Assembly (NCBI RefSeq): GCF_009914755.1
Contig: NC_060933.1
Reading direction: 5' to 3' (one strand)
DNA length: 64,000 nucleotides
Source of the DNA: the human T2T-CHM13v2.0 reference genome, Homo sapiens
Translations under genes and position numbers: made by a program
In this document: positions 12,501 to 24,500 of the stretch, one piece after another
Numbering within the stretch: position 1 is the first letter of the stretch
How the letters are laid out: each line of letters starts with the position of its first letter
Notes under the pieces: model-generated
Database searches by the model: none
What the model saw: only the letters and a program-made list of their open reading frames with translations
Told to the model about the DNA's origin: nothing

Positions 12501-13251
12501 AGCGGACGTTTCAAGCGCTTTCAGGCCTATGGGGAGAAAGGAAATATCTTCAAGTAAAAACTAGACAGAAGCATTCTCAGAAACTTATTTGCCATGTGTG
12601 TTCTCAACTAACAGAGTTGAACCTTTGTTTTGATACGGAATTTTGGAAACACTCTTTTTGTAGAATCTGCAGGTGGATATTCGGATAGCTTTGAAGGTTT
12701 CGTTGGAAACGGGAATATCTTCATATAAAATCTAGACGGAAGCATTCTCAGAAACTGCTTTGTGATGTTTTCATTGAAGTCACAGAGTAGAATGTTCCCT
12801 TTTATATACCAGGTTTGAGACACTCTTTCTGCACTATCTGGAAGTGGACATTTGGAGCGCTTTGAGGCCTATGATGAAAAAGGAAATATCTTCCCATAAA
12901 AACTGGACAGAAGCATTCTCAGAAACTTGTTTGTGATGTGTGTATTCAACTAACAGAGATGAACCTTTCTTTTTACAGAGCAGTTTTGAAACACTCTTTT
13001 TGTGGAATCTGAAAGTGGATATTTGGATAGCTTTGAGGATTTCGTTGGAAACGGGATTACATATAAAATCTAGAGAGAAGCATTCTCAGGAACTTCTTTG
13101 TGATGTTTGCATTCACGTCACAGATCTGAACATTCCCTTTCATAGAGCATGTTTGAAACACTCTTTCTGTAGTATCTGCAAACGGACATTTCAAGCGCTT
13201 TCAGGCCTATGGTAAGAAAGGAAATATCTTCAAATAAAAACTAGACAGAAG
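9509..13251 (+). repeat. Two 11-mer HORs (1871 and 1872 bp)
   Basis: Spacings are 1192/679 and 1192/680, with a 1-bp deletion near 10810 (GGATATTAGATAG). Confidence 0.88.
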
Positions 13252-14443
13252 CATTCTCAGAAACTTATTTGCGATGTGTGTCCTCAACTAACAGAGTTGA
13301 ACCTTTGTTTTGATACAACATTTTGGAAACACTCTTTTTGTAGAATCTGCAAGTGGATATTTGGATAGCTTTGAAGGTTTCGTTGGAAACGGGAATATCT
13401 TCATATAAAATCAAGACAGAAGCATTCTCAGAAACTTCTCTGTGATGTTTGCATTCAACTCATAGAGGTGAACACTTCCCTTCATAGAGCAGGTTTGAAA
13501 CACTCTTTTTGTAATATTTGGAAGTGGACATTTGCAGCGCATTGAGGCCTATGTTGAAAAAGGAAATATCTTCTCCTAAAAACCAGACAGAAGCATTCTC
13601 AGAAACTTCCTTGTGATGTGTGTACTCAAGTAACAGAGTTGAACCTTACTTTTGACAGAGCCGTTTTGAAACAGTCTTTTTGTAGAATCTGGAAGTAGAT
13701 ATTTGGATACCTTTGAGGATTTCTTTGGAAACGGGATATCTTCATATAAAATCTAGACAGAAGCATTCTCAGAAACTTCTTTGTGCTGTATGTCCTCAAT
13801 TAACAGAGTTGAACCTTTGTGTGGATACAGCATTTTGGAAACATTCCTTTAGTAGAATCTGCAAGTTGATATTTAGATAGCTAGGAAGATTTCCTTGGAA
13901 ACGGGAATATCTTCATATAAAATCTAGACGGAAGCATTCTCAGAAAGTGCTTTGTGATGTTTGCATTCAAGTCACAGAGTTGAATATTCCCTTTTATAGA
14001 GCAGGTTTGAAACACTCTTTCTGCACTACCTGGAAGTGGACATTTGGAGCGCTTTGAGGCCTATGTTGAAAAAGGAAATATCTTCCCATAAAAACTAGAC
14101 AGAAGCATTCTCAGAAATTTGTTTGTGATGTGTGTATTCAACTAACAGACATGAACCTTTCTTTTTACAGAACAGTTTTGAAACACTCTTTTTGTGGAAT
14201 CTGAAAGTGGATATTTGGATATCTTTGAGGATTTCGTTGGAAACGGGATTACATATAAAATCTAGAGAGAAGCATTCTCAGGAACTTCTTTGTGATGTTT
14301 GCATTCACGTCAAAGAACTGAACATTCCCTTTCATAGAGCATGTTTGAAAAACTCTTTCTGTAGTATCTGCAAACGGACATTTCAAGGGCTTTCAGGCCT
14401 ATGGTAAGAAAGGAAATATCTTCAAATGAAAACTAGACAGAAG
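13252..14443 (+). repeat. 7-mer HOR variant (A-B-C-D-E-F-G', 1192 bp)
   Basis: Consecutive 1192-bp spacings 12940->14132->15324. E is followed by F and then a G'-type monomer (CACGTC, AAACGGACATT, GGTAAG). Confidence 0.92.
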
Positions 14444-16315
14444 CATTCTCAGAAACTTATTTGCGATGTGTGTCCTCAACTAACAGAGTTGAACCTTTGT
14501 TTTGATACAACATTTTGGAAACACTCTTTTTGTAGAATCTGCAAGTGGATATTTGGATAGCTTTGAAGGTTTCGTTGGAAACGGGAATATCTTCATATAA
14601 AATCAAGACAGAAGCATTCTCAGAAACTTCTCTGTGATGTTTGCATTCAACTCATAGAGGTGAACACTTCCCTTCATAGAGCAGGTTTGAAACACTCTTT
14701 TTGTAATATTTGGAAGTGGACATTTGCAGCGCTTTGAGGCCTATGTTGAAAAAGGAAATATCTTCTCCTAAAAACCAGACAGAAGCATTCTCAGAAACTT
14801 CCTTGTGATGTGTGTACTCAAGTAACAGAGTTGAACCTTACTTTTGACAGAGCCGTTTTGAAACAGTCTTTTTGTAGAATCTGGAAGTAGATATTTGGAT
14901 ACCTTTGAGGATTTCTTTGGAAACGGGATATCTTCATATAAAATCTAGACAGAAGCATTCTCAGAAACTTCTTTGTGCTGTATGTCCTCAATTAACAGAG
15001 TTGAACCTTTGTGTGGATACAGCATTTTGGAAACATTCCTTTAGTAGAATCTGCAAGTTGATATTTAGATAGCTAGGAAGATTTCCTTGGAAACGGGAAT
15101 ATCTTCATATAAAATCTAGACGGAAGCATTCTCAGAAAGTGCTTTGTGATGTTTGCATTCAAGTCACAGAGTTGAATATTCCCTTTTATAGAGCAGGTTT
15201 GAAACACTCTTTCTGCACTACCTGGAAGTGGACATTTGGAGCGCTTTGAGGCCTATGTTGAAAAAGGAAATATCTTCCCATAAAAACTAGACAGAAGCAT
15301 TCTCAGAAACTTGTTTGTGATGTGTGTATTCAACTAACAGAGATGAACCTTTCTTTTTACAGAGCAGTTTTGAAACACTCTTTTTGTGGAATCTGAAAGT
15401 GGATATTTGGATAGCTTTGAGGATTTCGTTGGAAACGGGATTACATATAAAATCTAGAGAGAAGCATTCTCAGGAACTTCTTTGTGATGTTTGCATTCAA
15501 GTCACAGAACTGAACATTCCCTTTCATAGAGCATGTTTGAAACACTCTTTCTGTAGTATCTGCAAGCGGACGTTTCAAGCGCTTTCAGGCCTATGGGGAG
15601 AAAGGAAATATCTTCAAGTAAAAACTAGACAGAAGCATTCTCAGAAACTTATTTGCCATGTGTGTTCTCAACTAACAGAGTTGAACCTTTGTTTTGATAC
15701 GGAATTTTGGAAACACTCTTTTTGTAGAATCTGCAGGTGGATATTCGGATAGCTTTGAAGGTTTCGTTGGAAACGGGAATATCTTCATATAAAATCTAGA
15801 CGGAAGCATTCTCAGAAACTGCTTTGTGATGTTTTCATTGAAGTCACAGAGTAGAATGTTCCCTTTTATATACCAGGTTTGAGACACTCTTTCTGCACTA
15901 TCTGGAAGTGGACATTTGGAGCGCTTTGAGGCCTATGATGAAAAAGGAAATATCTTCCCATAAAAACTGGACAGAAGCATTCTCAGAAACTTGTTTGTGA
16001 TGTGTGTATTCAACTAACAGAGATGAACCTTTCTTTTTACAGAGCAGTTTTGAAACACTCTTTTTGTGGAATCTGAAAGTGGATATTTGGATAGCTTTGA
16101 GGATTTCGTTGGAAACGGGATTACATATAAAATCTAGAGAGAAGCATTCTCAGGAACTTCTTTGTGATGTTTGCATTCACGTCACAGATCTGAACATTCC
16201 CTTTCATAGAGCATGTTTGAAACACTCTTTCTGTAGTATCTGCAAACGGACATTTCAAGCGCTTTCAGGCCTATGGTAAGAAAGGAAATATCTTCAAATA
16301 AAAACTAGACAGAAG
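14444..16315 (+). repeat. 11-mer HOR
   Basis: Spacing 1192+680 with canonical monomer order. Confidence 0.9.
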
Positions 16316-17507
16316 CATTCTCAGAAACTTATTTGCGATGTGTGTCCTCAACTAACAGAGTTGAACCTTTGTTTTGATACAACATTTTGGAAACACTCTT
16401 TTTGTAGAATCTGCAAGTGGATATTTGGATAGCTTTGAAGGTTTCGTTGGAAACGGGAATATCTTCATATAAAATCAAGACAGAAGCATTCTCAGAAACT
16501 TCTCTGTGATGTTTGCATTCAACTCATAGAGGTGAACACTTCCCTTCATAGAGCAGGTTTGAAACACTCTTTTTGTAATATTTGGAAGTGGACATTTGCA
16601 GCGCATTGAGGCCTATGTTGAAAAAGGAAATATCTTCTCCTAAAAACCAGACAGAAGCATTCTCAGAAACTTCCTTGTGATGTGTGTACTCAAGTAACAG
16701 AGTTGAACCTTACTTTTGACAGAGCCGTTTTGAAACAGTCTTTTTGTAGAATCTGGAAGTAGATATTTGGATACCTTTGAGGATTTCTTTGGAAACGGGA
16801 TATCTTCATATAAAATCTAGACAGAAGCATTCTCAGAAACTTCTTTGTGCTGTATGTCCTCAATTAACAGAGTTGAACCTTTGTGTGGATACAGCATTTT
16901 GGAAACATTCCTTTAGTAGAATCTGCAAGTTGATATTTAGATAGCTAGGAAGATTTCCTTGGAAACGGGAATATCTTCATATAAAATCTAGACGGAAGCA
17001 TTCTCAGAAAGTGCTTTGTGATGTTTGCATTCAAGTCACAGAGTTGAATATTCCCTTTTATAGAGCAGGTTTGAAACACTCTTTCTGCACTACCTGGAAG
17101 TGGACATTTGGAGCGCTTTGAGGCCTATGTTGAAAAAGGAAATATCTTCCCATAAAAACTAGACAGAAGCATTCTCAGAAATTTGTTTGTGATGTGTGTA
17201 TTCAACTAACAGACATGAACCTTTCTTTTTACAGAACAGTTTTGAAACACTCTTTTTGTGGAATCTGAAAGTGGATATTTGGATATCTTTGAGGATTTCG
17301 TTGGAAACGGGATTACATATAAAATCTAGAGAGAAGCATTCTCAGGAACTTCTTTGTGATGTTTGCATTCACGTCAAAGAACTGAACATTCCCTTTCATA
17401 GAGCATGTTTGAAAAACTCTTTCTGTAGTATCTGCAAACGGACATTTCAAGGGCTTTCAGGCCTATGGTAAGAAAGGAAATATCTTCAAATAAAAACTAG
17501 ACAGAAG
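16316..17507 (+). repeat. Second 7-mer HOR variant (1192 bp)
   Basis: Spacings 16004->17196->18388 are both 1192 bp, with the same private variants as 13252-14443. Confidence 0.92.
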
Positions 17508-20500
17508 CATTCTCAGAAACTTATTTGCGATGTGTGTCCTCAACTAACAGAGTTGAACCTTTGTTTTGATACAACATTTTGGAAACACTCTTTTTGTAGA
17601 ATCTGCAAGTGGATATTTGGATAGCTTTGAAGGTTTCGTTGGAAACGGGAATATCTTCATATAAAATCAAGACAGAAACATTCTCAGAAACTTCTCTGTG
17701 ATGTTTGCATTCAACTCATAGAGTTGAACACTTCCCTTCATAGAGCAGGTTTGAAACACTCTTTTTGTAATATTTGGAAGTGGACATTTGCAGCGCTTTG
17801 AGGCCTATGTTGAAAAAAGAAATATCTTCTCCTAAAAACCAGACAGAAGCATTCTCAGAAACTTCCTTGTGATGTGTGTACTCAAGTAACAGAGTTGAAC
17901 CTTACTTTTGACAGAGCCGTTTTGAAACAGTCTTTTTGTAGAATCTGGAAGTAGATATTTGGACACATTTGAGGATTTCTTTGGAAACGGGATATCTTCA
18001 TATAAAATCTAGACAGAAGCATTCTCAGAAACTTCTTTGTGCTGTATGTCCTCAATTAACAGAGTTGAACCTTTGTGTGGATACAGCATTTTGGAAACAT
18101 TCCTTTAGTAGAATCTGCAAGTTGATATTTAGATAGCTAGGAAGATTTCCTTGGAAACGGGAATATCTTCATATAAAATCTAGACGGAAGCATTCTCAGA
18201 AAGTGCTTTGTGATGTTTGCATTCAGGTCACAGAGTTGAATATTCCCTTTTATAGAGCAGGTTTGAAACACTCTTTCTGCACTACCTGGAAGTGGACATT
18301 TGGAGCGCTTTGAGGCCTATGTTGAAAAAGGAAATATCTTCCCATAAAAACTAGACAGAAGCATTCTAAGAAACTTGTTTGTGATGTGTGTATTCAACTA
18401 ACAGAGATGAACCTTTCTTTTTACAGAGCAGTTTTGAAACACTCTTTTTGTGGAATCTGAAAGTGGATATTTGGATAGCTTTGAGGATTTCGTTGGAAAC
18501 GGGATTACATATAAAATCTAGAGAGAAGCATTCTCAGGAACTTCTTAGTGATGTTTGCATTCAAGTCACAGAACTGAACATTCCCTTTCATAGAGCATGT
18601 TTGAAACACTCTTTCTGTAGTATCTGCAAGCGGACGTTTCAAGCGCTTTCAGGCCTATGGTGAGAAAGGAAATATCTTCAAGTAAAAACTAGACAGAAGC
18701 ATTCTCAGAAACTTATTTGCCATGTGTGTTCTCAACTAACAGAGTTGAACCTTTGTTTTGATACGGCATTTTGGAAACACTCTTTTTGTAGAATCTGCAG
18801 GTGGATATTCGGATAGCTTTGAAGGTTTCGTTGGAAACGGGAATATCTTCATATAAAATCTAGACGGAAGCATTCTCAGAAACTGCTTTGTGATGTTTTC
18901 ATTGAAGTCACAGAGTAGAATGTTCCCTTTTATATACCAGGTTTGAGACACTCTTTCTGCACTATCTGGAAGTGGACATTTGGAGCGCTTTTAGGCCTAT
19001 GATAAAAAAGGAAATATCTTCCCATAAAAACTAGACAGAAGCATTCTCAGAAACTTGTTTGTGATGTGTGTATTCAACTAACAGAGATGAACCTTTCTTT
19101 TTACAGAGCAGTTTTGAAACACTCTTTTTGTGGAATCTGAAAGTGGATATTTGGATAGCTTTGAGGATTTCGTTGGAAACGGGATTACATATAAAATCTA
19201 GAGAGAAGCATTCTCAGGAACTTCTTTGTGATGTTTGCATTCACGTCACAGAACTGAACATTCCCTTTCATAGAGCATGTTTGAAACACTCTTTCTCTAG
19301 TATCTGCAAACGGACATTTCAAGCGCTTTCAGGCCTATGGTAAGAAAGGAAATATCTTCAAATAAAAACTAGACAGAAGCATTCTCAGAAACTTATTTGC
19401 GATGTGTGTCCTCAACTAACAGAGTTGAACCTTTGTTTTGATACAACATTTTGGAAACACTCTTTTTGTAGAATCTGCAAGTGGATATTTGGATAGCTTT
19501 GAAGGTTTCGTTGGAAACGGGAATATCTTCATATAAAATCAAGACAGAAGCATTCTCAGAAACTTCTCTGTGATGTTTGCATTCAACTCATAGAGTTGAA
19601 CACTTCCCTTCATAGAGCAGGTTTGAAACACTCTTTTTGTAATATTTGGAAGTGGACATTTGCAGCGCTTTGAGGCCTATGTTGAAAAAAGAAATATCTT
19701 CTCCTAAAAACCAGACAGAAGCATTCTCAGAAACTTCCTTGTGATGTGTGTACTCAAGTAACAGAGTTGAACCTTACTTTTGACAGAGCCGTTTTGAAAC
19801 AGTCTTTTTGTAGAATCTGGAAGTAGATATTTGGACACATTTGAGGATTTCTTTGGAAACGGGATATCTTCATATAAAATCTAGACAGAAGCATTCTCAG
19901 AAACTTCTTTGTGCTGTATGTCCTCAATTAACAGAGTTGAACCTTTGTGTGGATACAGCATTTTGGAAACACTCCTTTAGTAGGATATGCAAGTTGATAT
20001 TTAGATAGCTAGGAAGATTTCCTTGGAAACGGGAATATCTTCATATAAAATGTAGACGGAAGCATTCTCAGAAAGTGCTTTGTGATGTTTGCATTCAAGT
20101 CACAGAGTTGAATATTCCCTTTTATAGAGCAGGTTTGAAACACTCTTTCTGCACTACCTGGAAGTGGACATTTGGAGCGCTTTGAGGCCTATGTTGAAAA
20201 AGGAAATATCTTCCCATAAAAACTAGACAGAAGCATTCTCAGAAATTTGTTTGTGATGTGTGTATTCAACTAACAGAGATGAACCTTTCTTTTTACAGAG
20301 CAGTTTTGAAACACTCTTTTTGTGGAATCTGAAAGTGGATATTTGGATAGCTTTGAGGATTTCGTTGGAAACGGGATTACATATAAAATCTAGAGAGAAG
20401 CATTCTCAGGAACTTCTTTGTGATGTTTGCATTCAAGTCACAGAACTGAACATTCCCTTTCATAGAGCATGTTTGAAACACTCTTTCTGTAGTATCTGCA

Positions 20501-21251
20501 AGCGGACGTTTCAAGCGCTTTCAGGCCTATGGTGCGAAAGGAAATATCTTCAAGTAAAAACTAGACAGAAGCATTCTCAGAAACTTATTTGCCATGTGTT
20601 TTCTCAACTAACAGAATTGAACCTTTGTTTTGATACGGCATTTTGGAAACACTCTTTTTGTAGAATCTGCAGGTGCATATTCGGATAGCTTTGAAGGTTT
20701 CGTTGGAAACGGGAATATCTTCATATAAAATCTAGACGGAAGCATTCTCAGAAACTGCTTTGTGATGTTTTCATTCCAGTCACAGAGTAGAATGTTCCCT
20801 TTTATATACCAGGTTTGAGACACTCTTTCTGCACTATCTGGAAGTGGACATTTGGAGCGCTTTGAGGCCTATGATGAAAAAGGAAATATCTTCCCATAAA
20901 AACTAGACAGAAGCATTCTCAGAAACTTGTTTGTGATGTGTGTATTCAACTAACAGAGATGAACCTTTCTTTTTACAGAGCAGTTTTGAAACACTCTTTT
21001 TGTGGAATCTGAGAGTGGATATTTGGATAGCTTTGAGGATTTCGTTGGAAACGGGATTACATATAAAATCTAGAGAGAAACATTCTCAGGAACTTCTTTG
21101 TGATGTTTGCATTCACGTCACAGAACTGAACATTCCCTTTCATAGAGCATGTTTGAAACACTCTTTCTGTAGTATCTGCAAACGGACATTTCAAGCGCTT
21201 TCAGGCCTATGGTAAGAAAGGAAATATCTTCAAATAAAAACTAGACAGAAG
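17508..21251 (+). repeat. Two 11-mer HORs
   Basis: Spacing 1192+680 twice. Confidence 0.9.
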
Positions 21252-21589
21252 CATTCTCAGAAACTTATTTGCGATGTGTGTCCTCAACTAACAGAGTTGA
21301 ACCTTTGTTTTGATACAACATTTTGGAAACACTGTTTTTGTAGAATCTGCAAGTGGATATTTGGATAGCTTTGAAGGTTTCGTTGGAAACGGGATTACAT
21401 ATAAAATCTAGAGAGAAGCATTCTCAGGAACTTCTTTGTGATGTTTGCATTCACGTCAAAGAACTGAACATTCCCTTTCATAGAGCATGTTTGAAAAACT
21501 CTTTCTGTAGTATCTGCAAACGGACATTTCAAGGGCTTTCAGGCCTATGGTAAGAAAGGAAATATCTTCAAATAAAAACTAGACAGAAG
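21252..21589 (+). repeat. 2-mer unit (A/F hybrid monomer + G', 338 bp)
   Basis: Spacing 20940->22470 = 1530 = 1192+338. The sequence switches from A type (GAAGG) to F type (TTACATATAAAATCTAGAGAG) across the box at 21378-21394. Confidence 0.92.
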
Positions 21590-24500
21590 CATTCTCAGAA
21601 ACTTATTTGCGATGTGTGTCCTCAACTAACAGAGTTGAACCTTTGTTTTGATACAACATTTTGGAAACACTCTTTTTGTAGAATCTGCAAGTGGATATTT
21701 GGATAGCTTTGAAGGTTTCGTTGGAAACGGGAATATCTTCATATAAAATCAAGACAGAAACATTCTCAGAAACTTCTCTGTGATGTTTGCATTCAACTCA
21801 TAGAGTTGAACACTTCCCTTCATAGAGCAGGTTTGAAACACTCTTTTTGTAATATTTGGAAGTGGACATTTGCAGCGCTTTGAGGCCTATGTTGAAAAAG
21901 GAAATATCTTCTCCTAAAAACCAGACAGAAGCTTTCTCAGAAACTTCCTTGTGATGTGTGTACTCAAGTAACAGAGTTGAACCTTACTTTTGACAGAGCC
22001 GTTTTGAAACAGTCTTTTTGTAGAATCTGGAAGTAGATATTAGGATACCTTTGAGGATTTCTTTGGAAACGGGATATCTTCATATAAAATCTAGACAGAA
22101 GCATTCTCAGAAACTTCTTTGTGCTGTATGTCCTCAATTAACAGAGTTGAACCTTTGTGTGGATACAGCATTTTGGAAACATTCCTTTAGTAGAATCTGC
22201 AAGTTGATATTTAGATAGCTAGGAAGATTTCCTTGGAAACGGGAATATCTTCATATAAAATCTAAACGGAAGCATTCTCAGAAAGTGCTTTGTGATGTTT
22301 GCATTCAGGTCACAGAGTTGAATATTCCGTTTTATAGAGCAGGTTTGAAACACTCTTTCTGCACTACCTGGAAGTGGACATTTGGAGCGCTTTGAGGCCT
22401 ATGTTGAAAAAGGAAATATCTTCCCATAAAAACTAGACAGAAGCATTCTAAGAAACTTGTTTGTGATGTGTGTATTCAACTAACAGAGATGAACCTTTCT
22501 TTTTACAGAGCAGTTTTGAAACACTCTTTTTGTGGAATCTGAAAGTGGATATTTGGATAGCTTTGAGGATTTCGTTGGAAACGGGATTACATATAAAATC
22601 TAGAGAGAAGCATTCTCAGGAACTTCTTTGTGATGTTTGCATTCAAGTCACAGAACTGAACATTCCCTTTCATAGAGCATGTTTGAAACACTCTTTCTGT
22701 TGTATCTGCAAGCGGACGTTTCAAGCGCTTTCAGGCCTATGGTGAGAAAGGAAATATCTTCAAGTAAAAACTAGACAGAAGCATTCTCAGAAACTTATTT
22801 GCCATGTGTGTTCTCAACTAACAGAGTTGAACCTTTGTTTTGATACGGCATTTTGGAAACACTCTTTTTGTAGAATCTGCAGGTGGATATTCGGATAGCT
22901 TTGAAGGTTTCGTTGGAAACGGGAATATTTTCATATAAAATCTAGACGGAAGCATTCTCAGAAACTGCTTTGTGATGTTTTCATTGAAGTCACAGAGTAG
23001 AATGTTCCCTTTTATATACCAGGTTTGAGACACTCTTTCTGCACTATCTGGAAGTGGACATTTGGAGCGCTTTGAGGCCTATGATGAAAAAGGAAATATC
23101 TTCCCATAAAAACTAGACAGAAGCATTCTCAGAAACTTGTTTGTGATGTGTGTATTCAACTAACAGAGATGAACCTTTCTTTTTACAGAGCAGTTTTGAA
23201 ACACTCTTTTTGTGGAATCTGAAAGTGGATATTTGGATAGCTTTGAGGATTTCGTTGGAAACGGGATTACATATAAAATCTAGAGAGAAGCATTCTCAGG
23301 AACTTCTTTGTGATGTTTGCATTCACGTCACAGAACTGAACATTCCCTTTCATAGAGCATGTTTGAAACACTCTTTCTCTAGTATCTGCAAACGGACATT
23401 TCAAGCGCTTTCAGGCCTATGGTAAGAAAGGAAATATCTTCAAATAAAAACTAGACAGAAGCATTCTCAGAAACTTATTTGCGATGTGTGTCCTCAACTA
23501 ACAGAGTTGAACCTTTGTTTTGATACAACATTTTGGAAACACTCTTTTTGTAGAATCTGCAAGTGGATATTTGGATAGCTTTGAAGGTTTCGTTGGAAAC
23601 GGGAATATCTTCATATAAAATCAAGACAGAAGCATTCTCAGAAACTTCTCTGTGATGTTTGCATTCAACTCATAGAGTTGAACACTTCCCTTCATAGAGC
23701 AGGTTTGAAACACTCTTTTTGTAATATTTGGAAGTGGACATTTGCAGCGCTTTGAGGCCTATGTTGAAAAAGGAAATATCTTCTCCTAAAAACCAGACAG
23801 AAGCATTCTCAGAAACTTCCTTGTGATGTGTGTACTCAAGTAACAGAGTTGAACCTTACCTTTGACAGAGCCGTTTTGAAACAGTCTTTTTGTAGAATCT
23901 GGAAGTAGATATTTGGACACCTTTGAGGATTTCTTTGGAAACGGGATATCTTCATATAAAATCTAGACAGAAGCATTCTCAGAAACTTCTTTGTGCTGTA
24001 TGTCCTCAATTAACAGAGTTGAACCTTTGTGTGGATACAGCATTTTGGAAACACTCCTTTAGTAGGATATGCAAGTTGATATTTAGATAGCTAGGAAGAT
24101 TTCCTTGGAAACGGGAATATCTTCATATAAAATGTAGACGGAAGCATTCTCAGAAAGTGCTTTGTGATGTTTGCATTCAAGTCACAGAGTTGAATATTCC
24201 CTTTTATAGAGCAGGTTTGAAACACTCTTTCTGCACTACCTGGAAGTGGACATTTGGAGCGCTTTGAGGCCTATGTTGAAAAAGGAAATATCTTCCCATA
24301 AAAACTAGACAGAAGCATTCTCAGAAATTTGATTGTGATGTGTGTATTCAACTAACAGAGATGAACCTTTCTTTTTACAGAGCAGTTTTGAAACACTCTT
24401 TTTGTGGAATCTGAAAGTGGATATTTGGATAGCTTTGAGGATTTCGTTGGAAACGGGATTACATATAAAATCTAGAGAGAAGCATTCTCAGGAACTTCTT

